DNA of 64,000 bases, from the NCBI RefSeq assembly GCF_000281045.1, contig NW_008246085.1, positions 603,053 through 667,052 on the forward strand, given 5' to 3'. This DNA comes from Saprolegnia diclina VS20 (lineage: Eukaryota). Shown one piece after another: positions 1 to 11,219 of the stretch. Numbering within the stretch: position 1 is the stretch's first letter; every line of letters begins with the position of its first letter. The translations under genes and the position numbers were made by a program. Under the pieces are notes generated by a model, which did no database searches, was not told the origin of the DNA, and saw nothing but the letters and a program-made list of their open reading frames with translations.

Positions 1-1086
1 ATGCTCTTTTCGATGCGCGTCGGCTCAATGTACGGCGCTGCAGTCTGTAGCGACGGTCTAGAGAGTATCGTGAGGGACGACGTATACGGACTCGCTCTGT
101 ACGTGTAGCGAGGGGTCTTGGCGACCGATGCTTTCTTGGCGCGCTCGAGGTGTTTGGTCTCGGCGGCGAGCCGACGGCCCTCGTACTACAGAGAGAGTGT
201 GATGCTTTGGGAGCTTAACATCGCAAAGCACCTGATGCGTCTTCCACTCGTCGAGCGTCATGACGATTTGAAACTCAAATGCGCCGTCGAGCTCCAGCGT
301 GTTGAGCACGGGGCTTTCCGTTGCGTAGTGTCCTGGCTCGCGCAGAACGTAGAAATCTACGCAGCGCGCTGGCGACAGTAGCAGCACCGAGGCACGCACC
401 GCGGGACGGCGCGAGCTTGGTCCAGCTGCGCGGCGCTGGGTCCTTGGTCTCCCACTTGTAAAGGGGCTGTTGTTTGGCAGGCTTTGCCGGCTATCGATAT
501 GCCATAGCCAGAGATGCATAACTCGACTCTACTGCACCGGCGTGAGCTGCTGGTTGCTGTTGGTGCGAGCAGTGGGCGTGCTCTTGGCCTGTGGACCGCT
601 ACAACGAGCATCGTAGTCAGAGAGACAGCCAATCGCATCAACGAACTTGAAAAGACGCGCATTCGGTGTGGCTGTTCGCGGTGCTGGCTTGGCCAAGGTC
701 TGGGCCACCTCGCGCAGCCGCAGCAGCTGATGGTCCAAGTGCACCGCACGCGGGTCTAGTCAGTCTGAACTGGGTGCACCATGGAAGATACTCGCACCGT
801 CCACATGCGTGCGACGTAGCTCGTCGACTTCGTCTACGCGGCGCTCGACGGCGTCGAGCAAGACCGAGATCTATCGCAGCATCGCTCGCCCTGTTGTTGT
901 CGGCTTCTCAAACCTCCGTGTCGGGCAGCGCCTTCTTGAGCTCTGCGACTTGCTTCTCGAGCGCATCCACTGCAGCGTATGCCATTCCATTGAGGTCTTA
1001 TTGCAGGCGATTGCTCTACCTTCCTTGACGAGCGTTGGGACGCGGCGAATGTCGACGCGGTGCCAGCTCGCGACGCGCCTGTCCAT
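1..1086 (-). CDS. Multi-exon hypothetical protein with N-terminal coiled coil; 3' end runs off the window
   Basis: ATG at 1086. Successive ~45 nt GT-AG introns join in frame: MDRRVASWHRVDIRRVPTLVKE-VDALEKQVAELKKALPDTE-ISVLLDAVERRVDEVDEL...DFYVLREPGHYATESPVLNTLELDGAFEFQIVMTLDEWKTHQ. Divergent from KRI1. No family recognised. Confidence 0.6.
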
Positions 1087-1237
1087 GATCGTCCGTCGGT
1101 TTTGGCGTTGTCGCATCGGATTGGTCGGAAACCTTTCGTATCGACAAATCACAGACGCGTATTTTGGTGATATTGACCAATCATATGCGTGTATGAAGAA
1201 TGGAACAGGGCGGTTTGGTATTGGTGGATTTGCTGCG

Positions 1238-3183
1238 ATGGCGGGCAAGGAGATCTTCGGCGACGATGGCGCGGGCCTCGAGCTCACGGTGAACTCCAAG
1301 TTCGCGGACCAGTACATCGAGCGCAAGCGCAAGGAAGAGCTCTCCAAGCAGCGCTACGACGACGACGACGACGAGTCCTCGGACTCGGAGACCGAGGACG
1401 AGGACGGCGACCAGCTCACGACCGAGCTCGACAAGGACATCTCGCGGACGCTCAAGCTCATCCGGTCCAAGGACCCGTCCATCTACGACAGCAAGATCAG
1501 CTTCTTCGAGCAGGCCTCGGACGACGAGGATGAGGACGATGAGGATGGCGAGGCCAAGAAGGCCAAAAAGACCAAGAAGACCAAGCCGCTCTACTACAAG
1601 GACCTCGTGCGCCAGCAAGTGCTCGCTGGCGACCTCAACAGCGACGAGAGCGACGAAGAGCCGCCGGTCACGACGTACGCCGACGAGCAGAAGAAGCTCA
1701 AGGGCGACTTTCTCCAGTCGGTCGCGGCCGAAGCCGACGAGGAAGAGGAGCTCGATGGCGGCCTCTTTACCGTGCGCAAAAAGACGGCGGACGACGAAGA
1801 GCGCGAGGCTGCCGACTTCAAGGCGTTCCAGGAAGAGAACCCGGACGCAGTTGACGAGCTCGACGCCGATGCGTTCTTGGCCAAGTTTATGAAGTCGGGC
1901 GCGTGGAAGGAGAAGCGCAAGACCCCGAGGTACACGCCCCGATAAGAACTTACTGGCACTTACTCATACATGTTAGCTACGCCGAGATTGTGGGCAATGA
2001 CAAGGTCGACGACGACGAAGACGCCGACGAGCTCGACAAGGCCGACGCCTTTGAGCACTCGTACAACTTCCGCTTCGAAGAAGAAGGCGCCGGTCAGATC
2101 CAGACCTTCTCGCGTGTCGTGGAGGACTCGATGCGCCGGAAGGACGACAAGCGTAAGAAGGACCGTGAGGAGCGGAAGGCGCGCAAGGCCATTGAACGCC
2201 AGAAGAAGGAAGACGAGCTCCGCCGACTCAAGAACCTTCGCCAGGCCGAGATTCAGTCCAAGATCGACAAGGTTATGGCGCTTATGGGCCCGACCAAGTC
2301 GGCGCTCACGGTCACAGACGTGGACGGCGCGTTCGACCCCGAGGAGCACGACCGCCGCATGGCGCAGGTGTTCAACGACGACTACTACGGCGAAGACGCT
2401 GTCGACGAGGACGGCAAGCCTGTCTGGGAAGATGACGATGACGTCTTTGGGAAGCTCCCGGAAGAGGACGAAGAAGACGACGAAGACGACGACGATGCCA
2501 AGGCCCCTGCGCCATTGGCCGAGGACGAAGACGAGGCCAACGACGACGAGCCTATGGAGGACGCTGCCGACGAGGTCGACGAGGAGATGCCGGAGAACCT
2601 CACGGTCGAAGAGGTCAAGGCCATGAAGCAAAAGTACCTCGACGAGCTCTACGCGTTGGATTATGAGGACATCATTGGCGACATGCCGTGCCGCTTCAAG
2701 TACAAGACAGTCGAGAAGAACGACTATGGTTTGACGACCATGGACATTCTCGACGCGGATGACAAGGACCTCAAGTCGGTCGTCTCGCTCAAGCGCCTCG
2801 CACCGTACGTGGACCGCGAGTACTCTGTGAACCGCCGCAAGGTCCAGCAACTCCGCAAGCAACTGCGCTCCAAGCGGTCGGCCAAGAAGCCAATTGACGA
2901 GGCGGAAGAAGCGGCGCCGGAGGCAACCGAAGAGGTGGCTGTAGAGTCGACCGAGGGCAAGAAGTCCAAGAGCCGGAAGCGCAAGCGCAAGTCCAAGTCG
3001 GCGGAAGAGACCGACGAGCCGGCCGCCGTCGACGATGACGAGGTCGCGGCGCCGACGGAGGACGCTTCGGCCGAGTCGTCCAAGAAGAAGCGCAAGCAAA
3101 AGAAGAAGAAGACAGAGAAGACACCGGACACGGGTCTCTCGGCGTCGCGGCTCGAGTCGTACCGGTTGAAGCCACTCAAGTGA
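1238..3183 (+). CDS. KRI1: KRI1 homolog (40S biogenesis, KRR1-interacting)
   Basis: Motifs LKLIRSKDPSIYD, FEHSYNFRFEE and the Kri1_C-like YLDELYALDYEDIIGDMPCRFKYKTV...SLKRLAPY. One 47 nt intron (1930-1976) joins two ORFs in frame. Confidence 0.92.
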
Positions 3184-3244
3184 TAACATAAACAAGCGCG
3201 AAACGCTGCCTTTCTTTTTTTAGTCCATCTTGGAGTGTGATCTC

Positions 3245-5761
3245 ATGCTGCTCGGGAAGAAGCCGCTGCCGCCCCACCGGCAACGCACGCTCCGTCGGCT
3301 CCTGGGCAACCCCGAAGGCCTCGATTACCTCACGTCGGAAGATGCTACTTTATACCCGCCCGTCGTGATCCACGGACGCGTGTACACGAACGTCGACCCG
3401 ATGTCGCGCGAGCGCGCTCAGAAGCGCTGGGACGCCCTCCGCGACGTAGTCATTCGGACGCCAGAGCTCACGCGCATTGCCCAGAAGCTCCAGGAGAGCG
3501 TTCGGTACAGCCCCGACGCCGGTTTCCGCTGCCAACGTTTTGTGGCGTAGGATCCTCAAGATGCACCCGTCCGAGCGCTCCGACACGGACGTCGCGCAAC
3601 TCTACTCGTGGCTCATGTCCCAAGAGAATCTGAGCCCTGTCTTTCAAACGAGTGCAGTGCACCGCGCCACTTCCGTGCTCAACGCTGTGCTTAGTGCCCG
3701 AGAAGATTGGCAAGAACGTCTGCCGTGAAATGGAGTTTCTTCATCTTCGCCGTACGACGATGCATCTGTTGCATGATCTCACGAGGACGTGGGTAGCCAA
3801 CGACATTATTGTCCATCAAGGCGACGTCGGCGAGACGTGCTTTGTACGAGGCGTCGCCACAACACGATGCAGAGCGAGTGCTTGGTAGATTGTCATCAGC
3901 GGTCAAGTGGGGATCCACGTCCGGAGTCCGGACGAGCAAGACGCGTTTGCCAGAGCAGGCGGGCGCAGAGATTTTCTGCCCGACCCGCTGACGTGTCAGC
4001 AAGAGCAAGACGCGGCGCATCAAGCGGCGACTCGCAAGCCCAGCTTTCAAGTCGGTGCGCGGCGACAGAGCAACTTTGTGCCGCCACCGCCACCGAGGGT
4101 CCGTCTGTGTAGCGCTTGAGGTGCCTAATCAAAGCCGTGTGTGCAGCCAGTTGTGACCCCCGAGAGCCTCGCGCGCTGCGGCAACAAGGTCACGACGCTC
4201 CGGTCCGGCGCGACGTTTGGTGAGATTTGTCTCATCGAGCCCGACTCCAAGCGCACGGCGACTGCGATCGTCGATGCCTCTTGCTCGATGGCCAATCTCA
4301 TCGTGCTCTCTGCGTCGTCGTACGCCAAGATGACGCGCAGCCAGCGCACCGAGGTGTGTTTCCAGAGCACACTCGATACATTGATATGATACTATGGGCG
4401 CAAGGGCACCATCTCGGACCACATTGCCTTTCTCGCGCAGATGCACCTCTTCAAGACGTGGTCCAAAATGCGTGCGTCGACAACTGCGATTTTCACAGGT
4501 CGTACTATGTGAGTTGTGTGCAGAGCTCATGCGTCTCGCCTCGTCTCTGCGCTTCATGGTGTTTGCGCCGCAGGTAGATGCCACCGATAAGATCTCATTG
4601 CTGGACGCATGCCAGTAGCAGTACATTTTGCGCAAGAATGTCGATGTCGAGTACTTCTACATGCTGCTGGGCGGCGAGGCGAAGGAAGTGTCGTGCGTCT
4701 CGTTCCACGAAGACATTACGACCGGGTGCGTGGTGATGCTACCGCTCCATTATCCGCTCAAAGCGACGACCTAGCATTGCGGTCAAGACAGCCGAGCACA
4801 AGGTGACGGCCGAGCTCACGCACCTCAGCAAGTTTGACGTGGCGGGTGCATCAACGATCCTCGCCGCCGTGTTGATAGGCTCGCAATAGGCGAAGGACTC
4901 GTCCTCGGTAAAAAAGTGCACTTGTGTCCCGTGGACGTCAAGGCCGGTACTCCCTGCGAGAGTGCTGCATGGTTGATACCTTGTACACTACGATAGAAAG
5001 CACGGTCGTCGCTCTCGGCCTCAGTGTACCTTCGATTATCTCTTCACGTCTCAGTCTTTGTGTGACGCGCCGCCGTAGAAGAAGCTGTTTGGCATGTACT
5101 TTTTGGGCGGGAACGCGTCGCATCGGCACGTGCAGCACTCGGCCAAGATCCTGCGGCAGCTCTACGACGCGCGCCAGCACTGGCGCGAAGCCCGCGTCCA
5201 GCAAGCGCTCACGTACCCCGAGTACATGGTCCAAATGTCTGTCCCTATGAAATGGCACGAGTCTCACACAAGGTAGCACGGCCAAGATGATGCGACTCAG
5301 CGGCAACATTTGCATGCAGTGCGGTCGGCGCACGCACGTGGCCGGCGATGTGCTCTGCCTGTCCGAGACGTCGCAGCGGCACCACCCGGCGGTCGACCAC
5401 TTTGGCGACAAGGCGAGCAATCACATTGCTTCGCTGACTGACGACGAGAACGACGACGAGGCGGCCGCCGAGAGCTCGAGCGAAGACGGCGATACAAGCC
5501 GGCACGACACACGGAGCCTAGAACGGCACGCAGTTCTCAAGAGCTACTGGAAGGACGCCGCCAAGCACGGGCTCACCCCGCGCCGCCCGTCCACCCACAG
5601 CGTACTGCACTCTATCGCGGTCGTTCGACCCGCCTACGTCCTGTCGATAGATGCCTCGGGTAAGCAGCCGTCGCAAGCCCGGCCCCGAGATGATTGCGGC
5701 GGTCCGAGCTTCGTGGCCGTACCAGCCATTCCCGTCCATCCTCACAAGCACACCGCACTAA
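3245..5761 (+). CDS. Multi-exon cyclic nucleotide-binding domain protein
   Basis: CNBD motifs DIIVHQGDVGETCF/IVISGQV and TLRSGATFGEICLIEPDSKRTATAIV. A second CNBD-like start follows (IAFLAQMHLFKTW). Stop is at 5761 if the 5602-5650 intron is spliced, otherwise 5772. Confidence 0.75.
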
Positions 5762-5768
5762 GATCATA

Positions 5769-7382
5769 TTAAAAGGCCACTTCTTTGATGCCCAAACTCT
5801 CGATCGCAATGTCTTCGGCCGGGTGCTCGTACGCCCGGCGGTGGAACGACGAGGATGACGACGACGACGTCATGGTGTTGGTATACGTGCGGTCCCCGAC
5901 GTCCTCGTCGCGCGGAAGGTCGGTCGTCTCGGCGAGGTACTCGGCGCTCGTCATGTACGCTGTCGCCGACTGCGCGAGGACCTTGAGGATCTCGAGCTGC
6001 GTGTAGTCGATGACCTTGCGCGGCTTGACGTCTGCGACGCAAATGTCACCAATGCACTCGCCGCTCTCGAGCACCATGGGCACGCCGACAAAGAACTGGA
6101 CGCGCGAGATCGACCGCTTCTCGTCGCTGATGCGTTTGTCCGAGTGCACGTCGAGGACGACGCAGGGCTTGCCCGTCTGCGCCATGCGGCGAAACGTCGG
6201 GAGCGACTTTGGCATGCGACTCATGTCGGCCGTCGGCGCGTACTGGACAATCTCAAACAAATTGGTGCGGATACCGGCCATGGGGCAGTCGAGGCTCTGC
6301 ATGGCGGTGCGGCAAATCTCGGCAAAGTCCTCGTTCACAAACGTCTGCCGCTTGGACGCCTTCTTGTGCGGCCGAGAAACGTCGTCCGCCGAGCTGTCCG
6401 ACCGGCCCGACCCGCGGGCGGTCTCGTGGCTGTGACGGTTGCCGCCGCTGGACCGGTGGGCCGGGCGGTCGGGGCTCTGGCGATCGGCGCTTTGCCGGCG
6501 GTCGGGGCTGTGGCGGTCGGCGCTTTGCCGGCGGTCCGGACTGTGGCGGTCGGCGCTTTGCCGGCGTTCCGGTTGGTCGACAAAGCTGCGTGCATGGGAC
6601 GCCGACGACGGTGTACGGTGGAACGACTGCATGTAGTTGGAGCGCTCGATGAGCGACTGCGTCGAGCCGCAGCCGCCGAGGTGCGCGTACGCCTGCGCGA
6701 ACCGCGTCGTGAGCTTCGTCAGCGCCGTGCTCACGAGGTTGCTGCCGCCGGCTTTTCGGCATGCAAGCGTTAGCGTCACGATCGACTTGTGGCCGTCGGG
6801 CGATGGCGTAATCACAAACGCGCTGGGCTCGAACCACGCGAGCTTGTAGCTGTCGGGCTTGGCGCGGAGACCGTACTGCGCGCCGACGCCGTCGTACGAT
6901 TCAAACATGACGATGGCCGAGGGTCCATACATCTCCGAGTGGTGCATACCGCAGTATTCGTAGAAGAGAAGCTCCTTCGGCTTTGTAAACGCTTTGCCCG
7001 TGCTCATGGCGCACCACTTGAGCGTGAGCGACTCGGCCGCGTCGTTATGGCGCGTGTGCGCGTGCAAGACCTCGCCGTCGAGGAAGGACTTCCCGTGGAG
7101 GTCCTTCATCGTGCTGCGAAAGGTGTTCGAGTCCAGCAGCCGAAGTAGCTCGAGCGTATACTCGATGGGCATGTTGACGGATGTCACGAGGCGCAAGGCC
7201 ACTTGCTTGTTGGCGCTGTTGCTGCTGTGCTTGTATACGCGCGTATCGTGCTTGCTGTGCATCATCGTCCAGTGCTCGAGGTCCATGGAGCTAGCCACGA
7301 CGCGCTCGAGCTTCTTGCGGCCATCGAGGTACATGTGCTCGAGGTCAATGTCTGCCGGCCACGCGCTCGCCTGCTCCATCAT
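5769..7382 (-). CDS. START-like domain + C-terminal GAF domain protein
   Basis: Intronless ORF. The N-terminal half resembles oomycete START-like domains (W...TRVYK, LTLKWCAM...ELLFYEY). The C-terminus has the GAF signature VQFFVGVPMVLESGECIGDICVADVKPR...QLEILKVLA. Confidence 0.8.
   Translation of the reverse strand: MMEQASAWPADIDLEHMYLDGRKKLERVVASSMDLEHWTMMHSKHDTRVYKHSSNSANKQVALRLVTSVNMPIEYTLELLRLLDSNTFRSTMKDLHGKSFLDGEVLHAHTRHNDAAESLTLKWCAMSTGKAFTKPKELLFYEYCGMHHSEMYGPSAIVMFESYDGVGAQYGLRAKPDSYKLAWFEPSAFVITPSPDGHKSIVTLTLACRKAGGSNLVSTALTKLTTRFAQAYAHLGGCGSTQSLIERSNYMQSFHRTPSSASHARSFVDQPERRQSADRHSPDRRQSADRHSPDRRQSADRQSPDRPAHRSSGGNRHSHETARGSGRSDSSADDVSRPHKKASKRQTFVNEDFAEICRTAMQSLDCPMAGIRTNLFEIVQYAPTADMSRMPKSLPTFRRMAQTGKPCVVLDVHSDKRISDEKRSISRVQFFVGVPMVLESGECIGDICVADVKPRKVIDYTQLEILKVLAQSATAYMTSAEYLAETTDLPRDEDVGDRTYTNTMTSSSSSSSFHRRAYEHPAEDIAIESLGIKEVAF
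6471..6569 (-). repeat. 33 bp tandem repeat x3 encoding (E/D)RRQSADR(H/Q)SP
   Basis: Three near-identical 33 nt units are directly visible inside the START-GAF ORF. Confidence 0.95.
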
Positions 7383-7860
7383 CCTCGTCGGCGCGGCAGA
7401 GGCAGCGAATGCAAATATTATCGACCGATCGTAGTTCGTATGCGTTCGAACCCGAAGTTCGAAGCAGAACCACGCGTTGCAGCGATGGCGGCGCGGTCCT
7501 CTCGCACGCAGCCGTTCGTGTGTCTTTGGCGTCGACACCGCGCTACCTCTCGGCGAAAGTAAAGCTACTAATACCACGCACTTGGCGCTTAGTAGCTACT
7601 CCGCGGCAGTGTGCTGCGGTCGAGCTTTCTGGCGCGTGTGCAGGTTCAGTGCACGGCTGCCACCTCGGTCGGCTTGTTACTGCCGCACCCATACTATACT
7701 AGACGCAACTGGAGGCAGACCTGCGGACAAGCACCCAGACCACAGTCTCTAAACGTCCGGAGTCTCGTACGGTGGGACCAATCACGCCACCGCGCCTGGC
7801 GAGTTGCCCATCGTTGCCGTGACGTGGCAGCGGCTTGGGCGGTTGCGCGAGAGAGGGCGC

Positions 7861-7929
7861 CGAACGTTCTTTGGCGGGCGGAAGAAGCAGCCGGATACGC
7901 TTTGACGTGCATCCGGAATGTTCTGGAGC
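7861..7929 (+). promoter_or_regulatory. Candidate heat-shock elements upstream of the ubiquitin gene
   Basis: cGAAcgTTCt (7861-7870) and gGAAtgTTCtgGAGc (7915-7929) match alternating nGAAn units. CCAAT at 7982. Confidence 0.5.
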
Positions 7930-8029
7930 CGTTGGGACCGGGCGGAAGCTATTTCGAGTGAAGGTCCTTCCATATTTTGAGCCAATCCGCACGCAGAGAA
8001 CAAGCCGAGCCAAGCCGAGGTTTCGAAAT

Positions 8030-8043
8030 TCATTTTTGCATTT
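8030..8043 (+). promoter_or_regulatory. Oomycete Inr-FPR core promoter
   Basis: TCATTTTTGCATTT ends ~30 nt before the ubiquitin ATG and resembles the oomycete GCTCATTYYNCAWTTT element. Confidence 0.7.
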
Positions 8044-8072
8044 GCCAGCTCCAGCTCAAGCAGCGCTTCACC

Positions 8073-8770
8073 ATGCAGATCTTTGTCAAGACGCTCACNN
8101 NNNNNNNNNNNNNNNNNNNNNNNNNNNNNNNNNNNNNNNNNNNNNNNNNNNNNNNNNNNNNNNNNNNNNNNNNNNNNNNNNNNNNNNNNNNNNNNNNNNN
8201 NNNNNNNNNNNNNNNNNNNNNNNNNNNNNNNNNNNNNNNNNNNNNNNNNNNNNNNNNNNNNNNNNNNNNNNNNNNNNNNNNNNNNNNNNNNNNNNNNNNN
8301 NNNNNNNNNNNNNNNNNNNNNNNNNNNNNNNNNNNNNNNNNNNNNNNNNNNNNNNNNNNNNNNNNNNNNNNNNNNNNNNNNNNNNNNNNNNNNNNNNNNN
8401 NNNNNNNNNNNNNNNNNNNNNNNNNNNNNNNNNNNNNNNNNNNNNNNNNNNNNNNNNNNNNNNNNNNNNNNNNNNNNNNNNNNNNNNNNNNNNNNNNNNN
8501 NNNNNNNNNNNNNNNNNNNNNNNNNNNNNNNNNNNNNNNNNNNNNNNNNNNNNNNNNNNNNNNNNNNNNNNNNNNNNNNNNNNNNNNNNNNNNNNNNNNN
8601 NNNNNNNNNNNNNNNNNNNNNNNNNNNNNNNNNNNNNNNNNNNNNNNNNNNNNNNNNNNNNNNNNNNNNNNNNNNNNNNNNNNNNNNNNNNNNNNNNNNN
8701 NNNNNNNNNNNNNNNNNNNNNNNNNNNNNNNNNNNNNNNNNNNNNNNNNNNNNNNNNNNNNNNNNNNNNA
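8073..8770 (+). CDS. Ubiquitin gene, probably polyubiquitin, mostly hidden in an assembly gap
   Basis: ATGCAGATCTTTGTCAAGACGCTCAC = MQIFVKTL(T), the ubiquitin N-terminus, followed immediately by Ns. The end coordinate is the gap edge, not an observed stop. Confidence 0.85.
8099..8770. other. Assembly gap (672 N)
   Basis: Run of N characters. Confidence 1.
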
Positions 8771-9142
8771 ACCATTTTTACCTTCTTTTTCATGTCCATC
8801 GTGTTCCGCTGTCTGTGTAAGACACCTGGCCGCCGAATATCAACGCACTTGAGCCCCACGGGCATGCAGTCGAAGCGTTTGCTCAGGTCTGGCATGGGGC
8901 CGCTGCTTCCGGGCTTTGCTATACTCCGCTAGCCATGCACCACGGACCAGGACATGTAGTAGCTGCGAGATGTCTCATCAATCTCGATGCAGCCTACATC
9001 GCAATGCGGACGTGGCCCAAGCTAGCGGCCAAGTCCTTGCGACCACCGACCTTGAGCCATGAATGGAGCTTGGCGAACGTTGCGCGGCGCCTGGGCTCGG
9101 GGTCTGCTCCACCGGTTAATTATCCGGATAATCCACGAGAGC

Positions 9143-9157
9143 GCTCATTTGGAATTT
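9143..9157 (+). promoter_or_regulatory. Inr-FPR core promoter of the PHD gene
   Basis: GCTCATTTGGAATTT ends ~30 nt before the ATG at 9189 and is preceded by the palindrome TATCCGGATA (9121-9130). Confidence 0.7.
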
Positions 9158-9188
9158 GCGATCGCAGCAAGCAGGAAGAGTCGAGCGC

Positions 9189-11172
9189 ATGGCGACCAAG
9201 GCGACGCAGACGCCGGCGCCGGGCAATGAGGATCCGTCGATGGAGCCGACCGAGATGCGCCTCGTCGTCGCTCGAGGACCGAAGCGGTCGCGGGGTCCCG
9301 CCACGGTGTACGCAGTGACACCCCCAACCCTGGCTTCCTAACGACACCATTTATGCTGCAGGCCCCCCAAGGCGCCCACTGGCCGCAGCGCGCGCGTGCG
9401 AAAACCCACGACTACGTACACCCCCGTGATTGAAGCCAAGAAGGTCGGGCGAGGTCGGCCGCCAGGGTCCAAGTCCGGGGCCGCGACCGCCAAGGATCCG
9501 GTGAAGCGACTCTTGAACCGCGTCCGTGCCCGCGTACGAGAGACTATCCTTCGACGTCCTGCGCTCATGGACCTGGTGAATGTGTTAGCTCTCCCAGCTT
9601 CGATACCACACGACGTACATTGAAACGTACGAAGCCGATGGGTGGCGCAAGCGAAGCACCGAGAAACTCAAGCCGAGCGGGGAGCTGGAGAAGACCCGAC
9701 GCAAGCTGCGCTACGGCAAGCAGATGCTCTTGGTCGACATCCGAAGCTTCCAAGAGCACTATGCAGCGCATCGGCCGCTGCCGCGCGACGCCGGCGAGAT
9801 GAACGAGGAAGACATTTTGTGCGCCAAATGCCTCCTCTCGACAACAGCGCCGGACAATGACATATTGATCTGCGAGTCGCCGGGCTGCAACCGGTGTGTG
9901 CTTACAGCTGTGTACGTAACCTCCTGACGCATCCATAGCGTGTACCACCAACAGTGCCTTGAACCGGTCTTGCTCACAAAGGACCTTCCGGCCGAAGACG
10001 TCGACTGGTACTGCCATCTGTGTCGCGGGATCTTCGAGGCCCTTCGGCTGACCAACTTGTCCTTTGGTACGGCGTGGATGGCCGTCGAGGAGGTACAAAC
10101 TCTCGCCAATTTTGATGTGCAGTTGAGATTATATTAGGTGTTTCCCGACCTTGAGGCGGAGACGACGGCCGCCGAGACAGACCTCATTCCGTCCGACTCG
10201 GACGACGAAGACTTTACCGGCGTCGATTCCAAGGACGAAGCGAGTGGTGATGGCGAGGTATTTCACTGCCTTTGCGAATGACACGGAGTGATTCCGTCCT
10301 AGTCTGGAGACGGCGGCTCGGAGGAGGCAATGAGCGACAGTGAAATCGCGTTCCACAAACAAGCGCTCGCCACGGTCGAACCCTCAAGCGGACCGCAGGC
10401 AACAAAATCAGCCAATGGGGACGACGCTGTTCTGGTCACTGGAAAGCGCAAGCGATCGGTCGTCGACTACCAAGCCTTGCTCGCGCAGATGCCCGCGGAC
10501 GATGACGACGACAACGATGAGAACGAGTACGCGCCACCCGATGAGAGCCTCTCGGACCACAGCAATGCGAGCTCGTCCGACGAAGAAGACGAAGAAGACC
10601 TGGCGACCCTTATCGTTGAAGGCAAACGGAAGCGAACACTAGTCGACTACCTTGCTCTCAACGGCCAGCTCTTTCCGAACGACGCGGCGGGGGACGAAGA
10701 AGGCGATGTCGAGTACGCTCCGAGCAAGCTCGAAACGATTGCCGAATCGTCAGACGAAGACATGGCTGCGGGCAACGACGACGAGTTGCCTCCCCAAGTG
10801 AAGGAGAAACGCAAGCCTGGCCGGCCACGAAAGCCCGTGGACCCCAACGCACCACCGCGCAAGCGCGGGCGTCCACCGACCAAGCACCTCAAACTGGCGG
10901 CAGCCGCTGGAACGATCTCGTCGTCCACATCTGCTGCCAACACGGAGACTGCACCACTTCTCAAGCGCGAGCATCCGACGGGCGAGGCTGAACAAGGCCC
11001 GCCTTTGAAACGCAACTCATCGCCGCATGTCGAAGGGACGGCAGCGAGTAGCCCTGGCGACTCCTCGATGTCACTACCGATCTCGCTAGCGCCGTCAACA
11101 GGACCCGCGGCACTAGGAAAGCGACAACGGACGCCCGTAGACTATGTCGCTCTGAACGGCGCGAGTCCGTAG
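9189..11172 (+). CDS. PHD-finger, AT-hook chromatin protein resembling plant PRH/HAT3.1 but without a homeodomain
   Basis: Spliced PHD: EDILCAKC...DNDILICESPGCN-SVYHQQCLEP...DWYCHLC. The upstream YEADGWRKRSTEKLKPSGEL and downstream VFP...SDSDDEDF segments parallel PRH/HAT3.1. AT-hooks GRGRPP, KPGRPRK and KRGRPP. Confidence 0.8.
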
Positions 11173-11219
11173 TAGCAAGGCCTTGGTAGCAGGTAGCCGA
11201 GTCAATTTACTTTTATCGT

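Noticed and set aside
1960..3195. Long antisense or alternate-frame ORFs over real genes (also 22682-24757, 31030-32400, 44634-45998)
   Set aside because: Shadow ORFs caused by GC-rich codon bias of the true CDS. They have no independent motifs.
7835..8932. ORFs spanning the N run
   Set aside because: Artefacts of translating Ns. Only the MQIFVKTL start is real evidence.
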